The position numbers were made by a program, and so were the translations under genes. A model generated the notes under the pieces. The model did no database searches, was not told the origin of the DNA, and saw only the letters and a list, made by a program, of their open reading frames with translations. Source: Schmidtea polychroa (taxonomy: Eukaryota). From it: a DNA stretch of 64,000 nucleotides. How positions within the stretch are numbered: position 1 is the stretch's first letter; every line of letters starts with the position of its first letter. Below, piece by piece: positions 40,658 to 54,710 of this stretch. Location: NCBI GenBank assembly GCA_044892525.1, contig CM097885.1, positions 39,000,001-39,064,000 of the forward strand. Direction: 5' to 3'.

Positions 40658-41136
40658 TTATAATATATTAGTATCAATTATTTTCCATATAGGGCTGATT
40701 GTTTCTTTTCCTTCTTTAAAACCCTGAATTTGAATTTTTATCATAAAATGTGAATTTTCATTTTCTTTTTTAATATTTTCTAAAGCATAATCTTTATCAC
40801 AATTCATAAATGTAAAGTTTTCATTGAATTGAATATTTTTATTGATAGCCAACAATAATTCTAAAATATTTTTTCTATCGATATCTCCAATTTTACCTAC
40901 TTGTATATTATATAAACTCTGTTTCAAAGTTACAGGTTCCTAATAAAAAATTTAATTAATATTTGATTAAATGATATAAATATATTTACTTTAAATGAAT
41001 AAGTTATTGGGTATTTTAAATATTCCATAGAATATTGTAGGAACTGAACAGGAGATTTTCTAATAAGATTAACTGCCTATGTTGAATTTTCCTGTAGAAT
41101 TAACTTTATTATATCTGAATTTACTTGTTTCTCCAT
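40658..41136 (-). pseudogene. Spliced hypothetical gene (intron 40989-40940), one in-frame stop in exon 1
   Basis: MEKQVNSD..*..ITYSFK|GTAAAT..50 nt..TTAG|EPVTLKQSLY joins in frame to ORF 40658-40927. Confidence 0.55.
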
Positions 41137-41516
41137 CTTTTTCACTGAACTTTCTAGAATAATGATTAAGCAATACTAGATAATGATAATAAAATTACTT
41201 TTATATTGTTGCATCATTAAATATAATAATTTCATGCACTCAGTATATATATTAATTTTAAAAATCGAGTTGACCAATTAGATTCTTTTTAACAAATCAT
41301 TTTAATTTTATTGGATGAAAGATTTTATGTGTGTATAGTATTTTTGATTTTTTAAATATTTATTTCTAATAATCAATTTGTGATGTTCATATATTCATTT
41401 TCATATATTCATTTTTATTTATAATGCAATCCTTTGATAATTTCTTTTGAAACTTAGGTATCTTATATCCAAAGTTTTGTAATTCTTCCTTTCATGACAA
41501 TGATTGTCATAAAACT

Positions 41517-44500
41517 ATGGAAAAATACTATGGCCAACCCCATAACCGTGTTATTTATTTTGTTTGCCCCATTTGTAATTCCACTGAAAAATTAAATTAT
41601 TCTAACTTTTATGATCATCATAAAGATCATTTAAATCGATTTAATCTTTTGAAAAAATAAATTTTTAAATTACCAAATAATTTCTCAATTAATAAAAGGA
41701 AATCTGATTTGCCTATAAGTAACCCTCGTCCATCTAAAATTAAAAATTTAAATAATAATGATCAAATTATTATTCTCTCGGATTCTGAAGACGATGATGT
41801 AGTTTTAAATAATATGGTTGCTCTTCCTGATTTTGAAAATGATGTGGATATAGATTTTCTATCTGACTCTCAAAATGGAGTTGATATAATAACTCTTTCT
41901 GACTCTGATGCCGAAATAATTAATGATAGTACGATACAATATGGTGGATCATTAGAACCGGTTGTAAATTATGATTTACGTAAATCACATGCTATAGTTA
42001 AAATGATGGTTGAAAATTTAAATTCTTTAACCGTACCCACGCCCTTAATTAATAAATTTAATAATGTTACCAGAGAAATGGGTTCTGTAAAGATTCAATT
42101 TTGTATCGAAGTGGAATTTGAAAAAGATGGAGAATTTCAATCTTTCGTCATTTCAAATTCTGCAAGACCCATGAGTGATACCTTTTTAGATGAAGGTATT
42201 GCTATTCTCAATGAGAAAATTACTTTAATTAATGAAAAGGGAAGTAATTGGATTATTAATAAAATTAAAGAAATACATTTTGTTATTACAAAATTTTCTC
42301 AAATAAGTAGATTGAGTGGGAGGGGTTCTCTTCCAACTCCTAAATCATTATTAAATAAACATTGCGTAATAAATATCAACAATACGGATGATTTGTGTTT
42401 CATCTATAGCATTTTGGCTATTTTGAAATACGATAACGTTGATGGCAATCATAGAAATCGAATTAGTAATTATAATTTGTCTGATCTAGTCTTTGATCCT
42501 TCTGACTTACCGATGCGTCTCTGTAATATACCTAAATTTGAAGATAAAAATCCAGGGCTTTCGATTAATGTTCTTGCATACGATGAGGATGCTTTAGTGG
42601 ATATTTTAAATAATTCTGAAGTATTAAAACATCCTTATGTTGACATCATACATAGATCGAAAGTTGTAGGCGGAAGAATGATTAATTTAATTTTGTTGGA
42701 AAGCAGTGATTCTTTTCATTATATAGGAGTCACTAATCTTGATAGACTTTTAAATTGTCGTAATTCTACTGTTACTAGTACTCGAATTCAAAGTCTGTGG
42801 TGTAATCGCTGTTTAAATGGCTTCCGTACACTTGAATCTTTAGATAAACATAAAGGTTTATGTGAGAAAAATCAATTAGGAACAACTTTATATACTTTAC
42901 CATTAAATAAGAATTTATATTTTAATGATTGGTCTAAAACAGTTACTCCCCCTTTTGTGGTTTACGCTGACTTTGAGGCTATCTTACCTACTGATAATAG
43001 ATACTTTCAAAGGCACTTGCCGATTTCTGCAGGTCTTTTGCTAATAAATAATTTCACAGGGACTAAATTATATAAAAGTTTTTTAGGGTTAGATTGTATT
43101 GTTAGTTTCCTTAAAGAGATTGAAAAAATTGGTATGAAAACAGTTTTACCTTATTTTTATAAAAATTCGAAAAAGAAAATTATTTTTACAGATGATGACC
43201 TTATTTCTTTTTCTTCCGCAGTTATTTGTTATCTTTGCAAGAAAACTTTAGTAAACCCGACTAAAGATCATGATCACTTTACTGGTAAATATTTGGGAGC
43301 AGCTTGTTCAACTTGTAATAATTCTCGTCAAATAAGATATGAATTTCCAATTGTTTTCCATAACTTGTGAGGGTATGATCTTCATCATATACTCAAATAC
43401 GGATTGAGTAGCTTTAAATCTTGGAATATTTCATGCATTCCAACGACAACTGAAAAGTTCTTAACATTATCTGCGAGAATAGGTGGTTTAAATATTAAAT
43501 TTATCGATTCCTGCCAATTTATTAATAGTTCGTTAAATGACGCTGTTAAAACTCTTACTAATTTACCGATAACACGATCAGAATTTAGGGGAACCATTGT
43601 TAATAATAAAGGAATTTTCCCATATAATTTTGCCACTAGTCTTGAAGTGCTTCGGTCAACTCCCCAATTACCGCCAATTTGGGATGATGTTACTGAAGAC
43701 GATTATTCTATGGCTGAAATTATATGGAGGGAAACCAACTGTAATAACCTTTGTGATTATATGATGGTCTATCTAAAACTAGATGTCTTTCTTTTAGCTG
43801 ACTTTTTCCAGCAGTTTCGAAATAAATCTTTAGCTCATAATCGTCTTGAACCTTTAAACTTCTTGGGCATTCCCGGTATGTCTTGGAATTCAGCTCTGAT
43901 GACTTTAGACGAACCCATCGAGTTGATTCAAGACATGGAGATGTTTAATTTCTTTGAGGGTGGTATAAGAGGGGGGTTGACATTTGTAAACAAACATTAT
44001 GTTAATACAAATGAAAATACTGAACTTCTTTATATCGATATTAATAATTTGTACGGCTGGGCTCTTAGCCAAAAACTACCTAGGGGTGAATTTTCTTGGG
44101 TGACGGATGAGCCTGAATTAATTAATTTATTAAAAGACTGTGAATCTATTGACCTAGATTCGCTTTCATATGGGTATACTATGGAAGTGGATCTAGATAT
44201 TCCAACATCTATTCACGATAAACTTAATGATTTTCCGGTTGCAGCTGAAAAAATGTGTGCTCCAGGATCTAAAGTAGAGAAGTTGATGCTCACACATTTA
44301 CCCAAGAAGAACTATGTTCTTCATTGGAAACTTCTACAACTTTATCTTTCTCTTGGAGTAAAAGTTACTCAAATTCACAGGGCTATTAAATTTCATCAGT
44401 CTACTATATTCAAAAATTACATTGACACAAACACCCAACTTCGAGCTGTGTCAAAAAATACTCTTGATAAAAACTATTTTAAGCTTCTTAACAATAGTTT

Positions 44501-45431
44501 ATATGGAAAGACTGTCGAAAATTTGAAGAAACGATTGAACTTGAGATTGTGTAACTCAGCTTCTAAACTGATTACTTATTCCTCTAAACCCACATTTAAA
44601 AAGACTTATAAAATAGATCATGACTTAATAGCCGTTCTATTAAATAAGGATTCTGTGTGTTTGGATAGACCTAGTTACATTGGTCAATCTGTGCTGGATC
44701 TATCCAAATTACGTATGTATCAGTTGCAATATATTGATTTACAAAAATATCGAGATGATTTTAGCTGTGAAATCAATATTATTGCAGGTGACACTGATTC
44801 CTTCTTTTTAGAGGTTAAAGGATGCAAATTAGATGTGCTTTTACCGGCTATGGTAAGAGATAACATGCTGGATACATCGAATTATGATTCATCTCATGAA
44901 TTATATTCAAAAGCTCTTGATTCCGTCATTGGTAAATTCAAAGATGAAAATAAAGGGGGTAGATATAAGGAATGGGTGTTTTTAAGGCCTAAATGCTATA
45001 GCCTTTTGGGTGACAAAGAGAGCAATAAGGCTAAGGAAATAACATTGAAGGGTACCGACTTAAAACATCAATCGTACCTTGATTATTATCATAATAATTC
45101 GATGATTTCAGTACCACAATCTCGAATAGTAAGTAAAAATCATCAGTTATTTACAATAAAAAATATAAAATTAGCCCTAACTAATAATGATGATAAGATG
45201 CATTGGGTAAATAAAAATGAAAGTGTAGCATATGATCATTATAAAATAGTTAACACGGTTATGGGTCATAGTAACAATGCTGAAGTTAGTGATCCGGACG
45301 AAGAAAATGATCAATACGTTCAACCATATTTCCCAAATGATGATTATGGTCACCCAAGTTTCCATATGAAAGGGAACATCAATATGTTCTTGAATAAATT
45401 TTGTATTGAAATAAAATTTTATTTAATATAA
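41517..45431 (+). pseudogene. polB: Protein-primed family B DNA polymerase with N-terminal Zn finger/terminal-protein region and endonuclease VII-like insert; in-frame TGA at 43368-43370
   Basis: ExoI YADFE, ExoII HNL*GYD, ExoIII YLKLDV; Pol A DINNLYG, B KLLNNSLYGK, C GDTDS; CYLC..DHDHFTGKYLGAACSTCN. Upstream CPIC..H..H segment is out of frame; start approximate. Confidence 0.95.
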
Positions 45432-45499
45432 TTATTGTTTTAGTTCTTATTTGTATCATTTATTTTACGTTGTTATTGTAAAGTATTCTTTAGACTATT

Positions 45500-46522
45500 T
45501 TATTGTGAAATAGTCAAAGTTTTTATTGTTGCGAATTTTTTAGTTATTAAAAGGTTTTATTATTATTATTATTATTATTATCTGTGTGAATTAAAACCGA
45601 GTGTTTATCACATTCATTGTCATCATTATAGTACTCGGGTTCAAAAATGTATGTATGACTTTTTCTTATATATGTTTATAATTCAATAAATATATATCTA
45701 TAATAAAATTATACAGAATTATGTAACACCATACCACCCCCTAGGGTACCCATACAAATATTACGTAATACTGTATATTTGGCCTGGTTTAGACTCTTCA
45801 CTTCTCACTACTCTATCAAAATGTATTGAATTTTTTCCAGGGATATTTGGCTTGGTTTATACTCCTCACTACTCTAATGAAGTATAATTATTACATAAGA
45901 GGTCAAAGGTCAATTATTGTGTAAGGGGTCAAAGGTTAAATATGATGTAAGAGGTCAATGGTCAATTATTACATAAGGGTGTCAATTATGACGTAAATTT
46001 AAAAAAATCAATTATCACGTAATCAAAAATATAGTTATGTCATTTTATATGTGATTACGTAATTTTACAAAATTATGTAACACCATACCACCTCACCCCC
46101 TAGGGTACCCATACAAATATTACGCAATACTGTATATTTGGCCTGGTTTAGACTCCTCACTTCTCACTACTCTATCAAAATGTATTGAATTTTTTCCAGG
46201 GATATTTGGCTTGGTTTATACTCCTCACTACTCTAATGAAGTATAATTATTATATAAGAGGTCAAAGGTCAATTATTATGTAAGGGGCCAAAGGTTAATT
46301 ATGATGTAAGAGGTCAAAGGTCAATTATTACATAAGGGGGTCAATTATGACGTAAAGTTAAAAAATCGATTATTGCGTAATCAAAAAATAATTATATCAT
46401 TTCATATGTGATTACGTAATTTACAAAATAATGTAATACCCTACCACCCCTTAGGGTACCCATACAAATATTACGTAATACTATATATTTGGCTTGGTTT
46501 ATACTCCTCACTTCTCACTACT
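45500..46522 (-). repeat. Right TIR of Polinton 1, with one extra ~355-bp unit and a much shorter (ATT)n than the left TIR
   Basis: CTTCTCACTACT terminal motif ends at ~45812, ~46171 and 46522. Confidence 0.92.
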
Positions 46523-46986
46523 GTGGAAAGAATTTCGAAGCAAATAGTAATAAAGAACTAGCAAAGCAGCAGGAATTGAGCTGATATTTTCGAGTCCGTA
46601 TCATTATAATACTAATGGTGTAATTGAAAGACAATTTCGTACTATAAGAGACTATATAATCGCGTCACTCAGAGAAGGAGTTAAAAAAAGCTGGGTAGAG
46701 AGTTAGTAAATCTCTATATAAAATTATTATGGTTAAATGTAGAAGTGAGATCAGTTAGTAGAAATAATTATCTCTGTTAAATATTTATATTTAAATATTT
46801 ATATTAAATTATATCATATTATATTAAATTATACTAAAATAAATCAATTAAATGTATGACCGGTAATTACATTAATATTAATAATTATCACGCCTCGATG
46901 TTTAAATATACTAGTAAACGGCACAATTTTGAAGTTGTTATAAAAATAAATGCTTGAAAAAGACTTGAATTTAATTGCGTCTAACA

Positions 46987-47749
46987 ATCAGTATGATCAT
47001 TTAAATTTAAACTAGTTCTCGTTGCTAAATATTTACTGATTGATCCTTTATCCACTCCATCCCAAGCAGATCCAACATCATCCTTTCACCATGTCATGTA
47101 CTCCCTTCGTCTCTGCCTTATCCAAATATTCGTCACAATCGTCTAGTGTAAGACATCCACTTTATTTTTGCTCCAAAGTCTCGGGAATCTGAACTTTGCA
47201 TTGCGACGAATATCCGGTACAAATACAATAAAATTACTCGTAGAAAAGAATACAAACAAAATAAATATTTATTTACACCAAAGAACACGAATCATATATT
47301 AAAATAATGTCATTGGTAAATGAATATCACAAAGTCAATGATCACGGAAATGCTTGTCTGACATTTGGAAATCCATCTGCCTTCCGAAAAATTCACATAT
47401 CGGGTGACCTATTTTTATGAAGTATTTTTGCCAATTTTTTCCGAAAAATAACATAACTAACCGCCAGTGCTAAGTATTGTGCCGCTTCAATTCTCGCTTT
47501 CCACGCCTTTAAGCCGAGTTAGTGCGCCATGCACCTCTCAGACAATCTTAGCTAACACTAACTGCACTGCGTTGAGAGCTGATTTCTGTTTTACAATTCC
47601 CACGGGAAGCTGCACATCTTTGTCCGTGTCATCGTCGGGTTAGAATTCTTACTGAAACCCAGGAACAACTGTTTGATAATATGGTTCCGATTTTGGCTCT
47701 ATATTTTGCGGTGTGACCCGTTTCTCCTCATTCGTACTCATGGCATGAT
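46987..47749. repeat. Right arm of the inverted repeat with 28525-29313
   Basis: Begins ATCAGTATGA immediately after the LTR end, inverse of TCATACTGAT at 29304-29313. Confidence 0.93.
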
Positions 47750-48430
47750 GGTAGTAGGATGTGAGCCCGCCGCAACACATATACCCCCTCTCCCCTCGAA
47801 GTAAATTTTTTTTTTAAATAAAAGGTCAAGGTCAAGGTTAAGGTCAAGGTCAAGGTCATTTTTTTTAATTAATTGATCCAGAGGGCTCATACTTTTTTTC
47901 ATCCCAAAAATTAATGTTCCCGCCAACAGATTTTATTGAACGATACCTCATGTTAAAGCTCAGTGCCAGACCTGTAAGATGTGCTATAGGTATTTTATAT
48001 ATCATTAATAGTTTTAATGTTATTAACAATTGATGACCACCATCTTTTCAAAGTTAAATTATTATTATTTTTCAAAATATTATTAAGTGATCCAGAGGGC
48101 ACACAATTTTTTTCATCCCAAAAATTAATGTTCCCGCCAACCGATTATATTGATAGATAGCTCATCTTAAAGCTCAGTGCAAGACCTTTAAGATGAGTTA
48201 TAGATTCCTATCATACGATGACTCATCACATTTTTAGAACAATGCCTCATATTTTTAGAACGATGCCTCATATTTTTAGAACGATGCCTCATATTTTTAG
48301 AACGATGACTCATCCTATGACTCATCATATTTTTAGAACAATGCCTCATATTTTTAGAACGATGCCTCATATTTTTAGAACGATGCCTCATATTTTTAGA
48401 ACGATGCCTCATTATTTTTAGAACGATGAC

Positions 48431-51400
48431 AGTAGGTAGTTAGTGGCCTACGGCAGCAATAGGGGGAGTGGGGGTAATTGTTGCCGCATGCTCCAATGAT
48501 TTTTTTCTGGGATTTTAAATACAAAATTTTTTTTCAATCAACAAGCCAAGGATAAGTATTATTTGGGTGGGTCTCCTTGGTCCTGAGAATTTCAATAGAA
48601 AAGGTAGTCTACACTAAAAAAGCATGGATTATTCACACTATAGTGAGGGGGTTTCCATAGTCCTGGTATTTTCAATACAAAAAGACGGTTTACACTAAAA
48701 AAGTTTGGTAATTCAAGGTCTCAGGATATTTTCAATACAAATAGGTGGTCTACACTAAAAAACAGTGGCAATTTAAAGTCTCAGGATATTTTCAATACAA
48801 AAAGCAAAGGATAAGTCAGTATTATTTGGGTGGGTCTCCTTGGTCCTGGGATTTTCAATACAAAATCTGATTATCACTAAAAAAGCCATGGTTATTTAAG
48901 GTCTCAGGATATTTTCAATAGACAAAGGTAGTCTCCAATAAAAAAGCATGGATTATTCACACTATAGTGAGGGGGTCTCCATAGTCCTAGGATTTTCAAT
49001 ACAAAAAGACGGTTTACACTAAAAAAGTATGGTAATTCAAGGTCTCAGGTTATTTTCAATACAAAAAGGTGGTCTACACTAAAAACATGGTAAATTTTTT
49101 AAAATAAAGCAAATTATGGGTCTAAAAATAGGATTACAGTAAATTATGGGCTAAGATTTTTGAATTAAAGTAATCAATGATCAATAATTTTAATTTAAAG
49201 TTAAATAAGTAAATTAAAGGCTAAATTATAAAATTAAAGTAAATCAAGGTCCAAAATTTTAAACTAAAGTAAATGATGGGTCTAATAATTGAATTAAAAT
49301 AATCAATGGGCTGAAATAAGTAAATTAAGGTTCAAATTAGTAAATTAAGATCCAAAAAAAAAAAAAAGTTAAAGTAATCAATGGGTTCAAATGAGTTAAT
49401 TAAGGTTCTAGAAAAAAAATTAAATTAAATTAATCAACAGGTTCAAATAAGTTAATTAAGGTTCTAAAAAAAATTAAATTAAAGTAATCAATGGGTTCAA
49501 ATGAGTTAATTAAGGTTCGAAAAAAAACTTAATTTAAATTAATCAACGGGTTCAAATAAGTTAATTAAGGGCTAAAATTTAAAATTAAAGCAATCAATGA
49601 GTTCAAATAAGTAAATTAAGGTCCAAATATTTAAATTAAAGTAATCAATGGGCTCAAATAACTAAATTAAGGTTCTAAAAAATATAATTAAAGTTAATTA
49701 AGGTTCAAAATTTAAAATTAAGTAATCAATGGTAAAAAAAAACTTTAAATTAAAGTTAAATAAGTAAATTTAAGTAATGTAATAAGTAAAAAAAGTTAAA
49801 GTTAGATTTTAAAATTTATTTACAAAAAGTTGGAATAGTTGGTGATTGAGAATTGAAAATTTCAAATGAAAATTTTTAACGTATATTTTTTAAGATAATT
49901 TTTAATAGACATTTTTATGAAATATTTTTCAATGTTAATTTCAGATGAAAATTTATATGAAATATTTTTCAATGTTAATTTTAGATGGAAAGTTTTATGT
50001 ATTATTTTTCAATAGTAATTAAAGATGCAAATCATTGTCAATTAATCATTCACTACATGAAATTATTGGTTAAATATGAAAATAAGGGCTATATTTGGTT
50101 GTAAATTATGGTAAAAAAATTTAAATAAAGTAATACAAGGATAAATAGGTAAATTAATGTTTTATTTTTAAATTACAGGTTCAAAACTTTACTTAAAAAT
50201 TTTCTTAAGTTTAAAAATATATACCATAATTTACTGTAATTTTTAAACTTAAGTAAATTAAAGATAAATAAGCAAATTAATTTCCAAATTTGAATTAAAG
50301 TTAATTAAGGGTCAAAATTTAAAATTAAAGTAAATTAAGGTTCTAAAAAATTAAATTAAAGTTAATTAAGGTCCAAATTTTAAAATTAAGTAATCAATGG
50401 TCAAATATTTTAAATAAGTAAATTAAATTAATAATTTTTAAATAAGTAATGTAATAAGCAAATTAAAGTAAGATTTTAAATTTATTAACAAAATAATAGG
50501 TGTTTGAGAATTGAAATATTTTAATGAAAATTTTTATGAAATAATTTTTTAAGTAATTTTAGATGGTAGTTTTTATGGAATAATTTTTAAGATAATTTTT
50601 AATGAAAATTTTTATGAAATATTTTTCAATGAAAATTTTAAATGATAACTTTTATGAAATATTTTTCAATGACAATTTTAGAAAAAAAAATTTTTTTTGA
50701 AATAATTTTAGATGGAAATTATGTAAATTAAGGAATACATTTTTAAATTAAAGTAATCAATGGTCTATATTTTAAACTTCTATATTCGGTAAACAAGGAC
50801 TAAATTAAGTAAATAAAGGGTTAAATTAAAGAAATTATGATTATAATTATAATTAGATTTAAAGAATAATTACCTTTTCATTTAACACTACAGTGTTAAT
50901 TCTTACCATTTTAGAATAATATTTTTTATCAAAGTTCTTATCTTGATTTATTTAATTTTAATTGAATGTAATGACGAAATAGAGCGTGTTGTCTTCAATT
51001 TTAATGAATTAATTTGAAAGATTATTTAGATAAATTTTTGTGTTTAAGGTATTCATTAGTAATTTTTTTTAGAGTTGATGGTTTTTGTGAATTTTTATCA
51101 TTTTCGTGAATTTCATGTGGATTGAATGAATATTTAATAATTTTAAGTTAGTTCTAAGATAAATTTAATTAATTTCTTGATAATTGGATGCATTTTTAAT
51201 TTTAAATAAAAATTATTTTTAATGATAGTTAGGTTAATAATCACGTGATAGGATATGACTTTGTAATAATATTTTTTTCATATATTTTCTAAGAATTTCA
51301 TGTTGATTTATTAAAAAATTGTAAGTTTTAATGATGATTTTAATTGAATTTCTTGATAATTTGTTAAATTTTAAATAAAAATTAATTTTTTTTAATGATT

Positions 51401-54400
51401 GTTAGGTTAATAATTATGTAATTGGTTTAATTTTAGATGACTTTGTAATGCATTTGACTAAATAATTTTTTTCAATAATTTTCTAGGAATATTTACACAT
51501 TGATGAACTTTTTAAAAAAAACATAAGCTAAGAAACCAGTTAACTTTATCTCGGATAGATATTTTAAATTTACTTGAAATTTATGATTTAGTTTGTTATT
51601 ATTGCTTGAAAATGATTGGTTGAATCGTTGAAGAATTATGGTCAATTAATATATATCATCTCGAGTTAGGTATTTGATGGGTTAAATATTTGTAGAAAAT
51701 TTTAGGGAATTTTGATCTTTTACTAAGTGAATTTTGATACTAAATTATTTCATAGATGTATTTTGGATGTCGATAACAGTTAATAAAAATTCATATTTTT
51801 GAAGAATTCTCTAAGAATTTTAAGAGGATTGATTGAATTAAAGGAGGATTCAAGTGGGTAGAATTAATGGATATAGTCGGATAGGTGTTTAAAGGGGTAG
51901 AAATATTTGGTGAGAGATCGGTTAAGCTGGGATATTTTCGGTGAGATTTAATGAGAGATATGATAAGGTGGGAATATATGATCTTTTAAGGGGAATATAG
52001 TTGGTGGGATTTAATGAGAGTTCGGTTAAGATGGGAAAATATGATCTTTTGAGGGGATGTGGTCGGTTAAATTTAATGAGGGATGGGTTAAAATGGGAAT
52101 ATATCATTGTAAGGGAGATATAGTCGATTGAATTTAATGAAGGATGGGTTAAGATGGGAATATATCATTGTAAGGGAGATGTTGGTAAAATATCAATGTT
52201 TTAAGGGAAATGTCAATACATTAGTCAGTTATGAATCAATAATAATGTGAAATTATATCGTTTTATTAGGTTGTGATTAATGCACAGTAAATTAATTTAG
52301 AACATTGTTTTATTAAGTAGGGATAATGATCGATTTACTTGGTTTTGACAATGAAATCTTTACAGATAATTGGGATTGATATCAACTTTAAATTATTTTT
52401 ATCTTTATTTAGACGGACAACGACAAAAGTCGGAAATATTGATTTAAAACGTCGACTAAAGAAAATTGATCTTTATTGGGAGAAATCTATCGGGTGATTT
52501 TAATTAGTAATTAAATAGGTTGGATATCGGTAAAAATGATCATTTGAAGAAATATGGATAAATTTAATCTTTCTATGCAACTACTCAGTTATATTGTACA
52601 GTCAAATTTCAAGCAATATTTATTTTAAATTTCGATTACAGTGATTTATTTTTAGAACAAAAATTTAATTATAACTGTTTTTTGTCATTAGATTTTATAA
52701 ATTGTTTAGAGTTAATGATTTTACATGTTTTATAGGGAAATATTCGTGATAATAGGAATTAAAGATATAATTATAGTCATTTAAACGGGATTTTAAGCAA
52801 TCTTATTAGTCTGAGGGAAATATATAGCCTTTTAGGGGTATTTATCGATAAAATACTTATCTTTAAAGACATTGATATTTCATAGAAATTTGATGCTTTC
52901 TAGATGATTTTAGTAGAAAATTTACTTGGATATACCAATTATTGACATTTAAATGAATTTGCTGGTTTATTAGATGTTATCATTAGTTATCTAGTCTCTT
53001 TTGGAATTTAATGATAATTATTTTTATTGTAGATTGTTGACTTTGATAATGGTAATGAATTCATACTGAATTTTGTGTATAATTTGAGGAATTAGTAAAT
53101 AGATTTGAATATACGTGTATTACTTTTAAAAAATAATTAAAATTAATTTATTTCAGTTAATTTATTCAATCAAAATAAATTATCTACTAGATCTTATTAT
53201 CTTTATTATCTTAGTTGATTAACTTAAATGATCAGTATTTTTTTTTATTTGCTGGATGATTAATGACTAGAATTTAAAGTTCTTTCGTCCATTACATTTT
53301 GTTATTTATTATGTTTTGAATAATTTAAATTTTTACAATGATTTATTTAATTTTTATCTAGTTATTGGAAAATCATACAAGTACTGGTAATCAGTTAATT
53401 AATGAATTGCATTTTTTTTATTAATTTTTCATCCAATTTTTCAAGTGAAGAGTATTTTCTTTTAAAGATCAATTTTTTATTACATAGTTGTTGGTTGTAA
53501 GTATCTGGTTGTTAATATTTGGTATCTGATTGATAGAGTTTAGTTGTAGATGATGACAAGAATATATTGCATGTGATGAAGAATATTTTGTATTTAATTG
53601 CTATTATTTTTATGTGTTGTTAGTTGATTGTTGGTACTTGGTATCTCGTATTTGGTAGTTGGTACATTGTTGTTTACTGATTGTTGTAATATAGTTGTAT
53701 ATATTTGTTAATTTCTCGATAGGTTTGGATGGTGGTTGTTAGTACATGGTTGTAAGTGTTTAGTATTTTGTTGTTTGAAACATAGTGGTTAGTACATGGT
53801 AATTAGTTAATGGGTAGGTGGTGGTTGAGTGTTACCAATATTGTAAGTGAAGAGGATTTTCTTTTAAAGATCTATTTGTTATTACTTGATTGTTTTTACT
53901 TGGTTGTTAATAGATGTTCGTAAGTTACTGGTTGATGATACTATGTTGTTGGTATCTTGTATTTTGTAGTTGGTGCAGTGTTGTTTACTGATTGTTATAT
54001 AGTTGTAGGTTGATAATGCATAGTACCAGGTTGATGTTGGTTGTATGTACTTGGTATTTAGTTGTTAGCTGGTTGATAGTACTTGGTATCTAGTAAATGG
54101 GTAGGTTGTGGTTGAGTGTTACCAATACGCCTACGACTAGTACCCTTACGACTAATACCCCTACGACAAGTACCCTTAGGGGGTCAAAACATCCTGTCGG
54201 ATAAACTCAGAGTATATATAATAAAACTGATCAGCAATAAGTATTTATTGAATGCGATTTTTACTTTGCAATAATAAGTCAGTAGTAATAATTTAAAATA
54301 AGAATGTTTTGTAAATTAGAATTCATTAGTCTTTCATTGTAATTTAAATTATTTTGAATTCCAAGTAGTGATGAGTTGACAATTATTCATTTTTTGATGA

Positions 54401-54626
54401 AAATCAACATTTTTGTTAAATTTAGACATTTTGAAAAGATTTTTTCTACTGATTGTAATTAAACATATTTTTGAAGACAGATAAAAAATTAATTTAAAAA
54501 TCATTTGATAAAATACAATAAAGAATACTTAGTTGGTTGTTAGTACATAGTTGTAGGTACTTAGTAGTTGGTTGTATGTACTTGGTATCTAGTTGTACCT
54601 GATAGTTGTTGGTATCCGATTGTTTA

Positions 54627-54710
<84 letters not shown>

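Noticed and set aside
43368..43370. TGA in pPolB as programmed readthrough or selenocysteine
   Set aside because: Falls at the variable, usually basic position of HNLxGYD, one change from an Arg codon; neighbouring genes carry similar nonsense lesions
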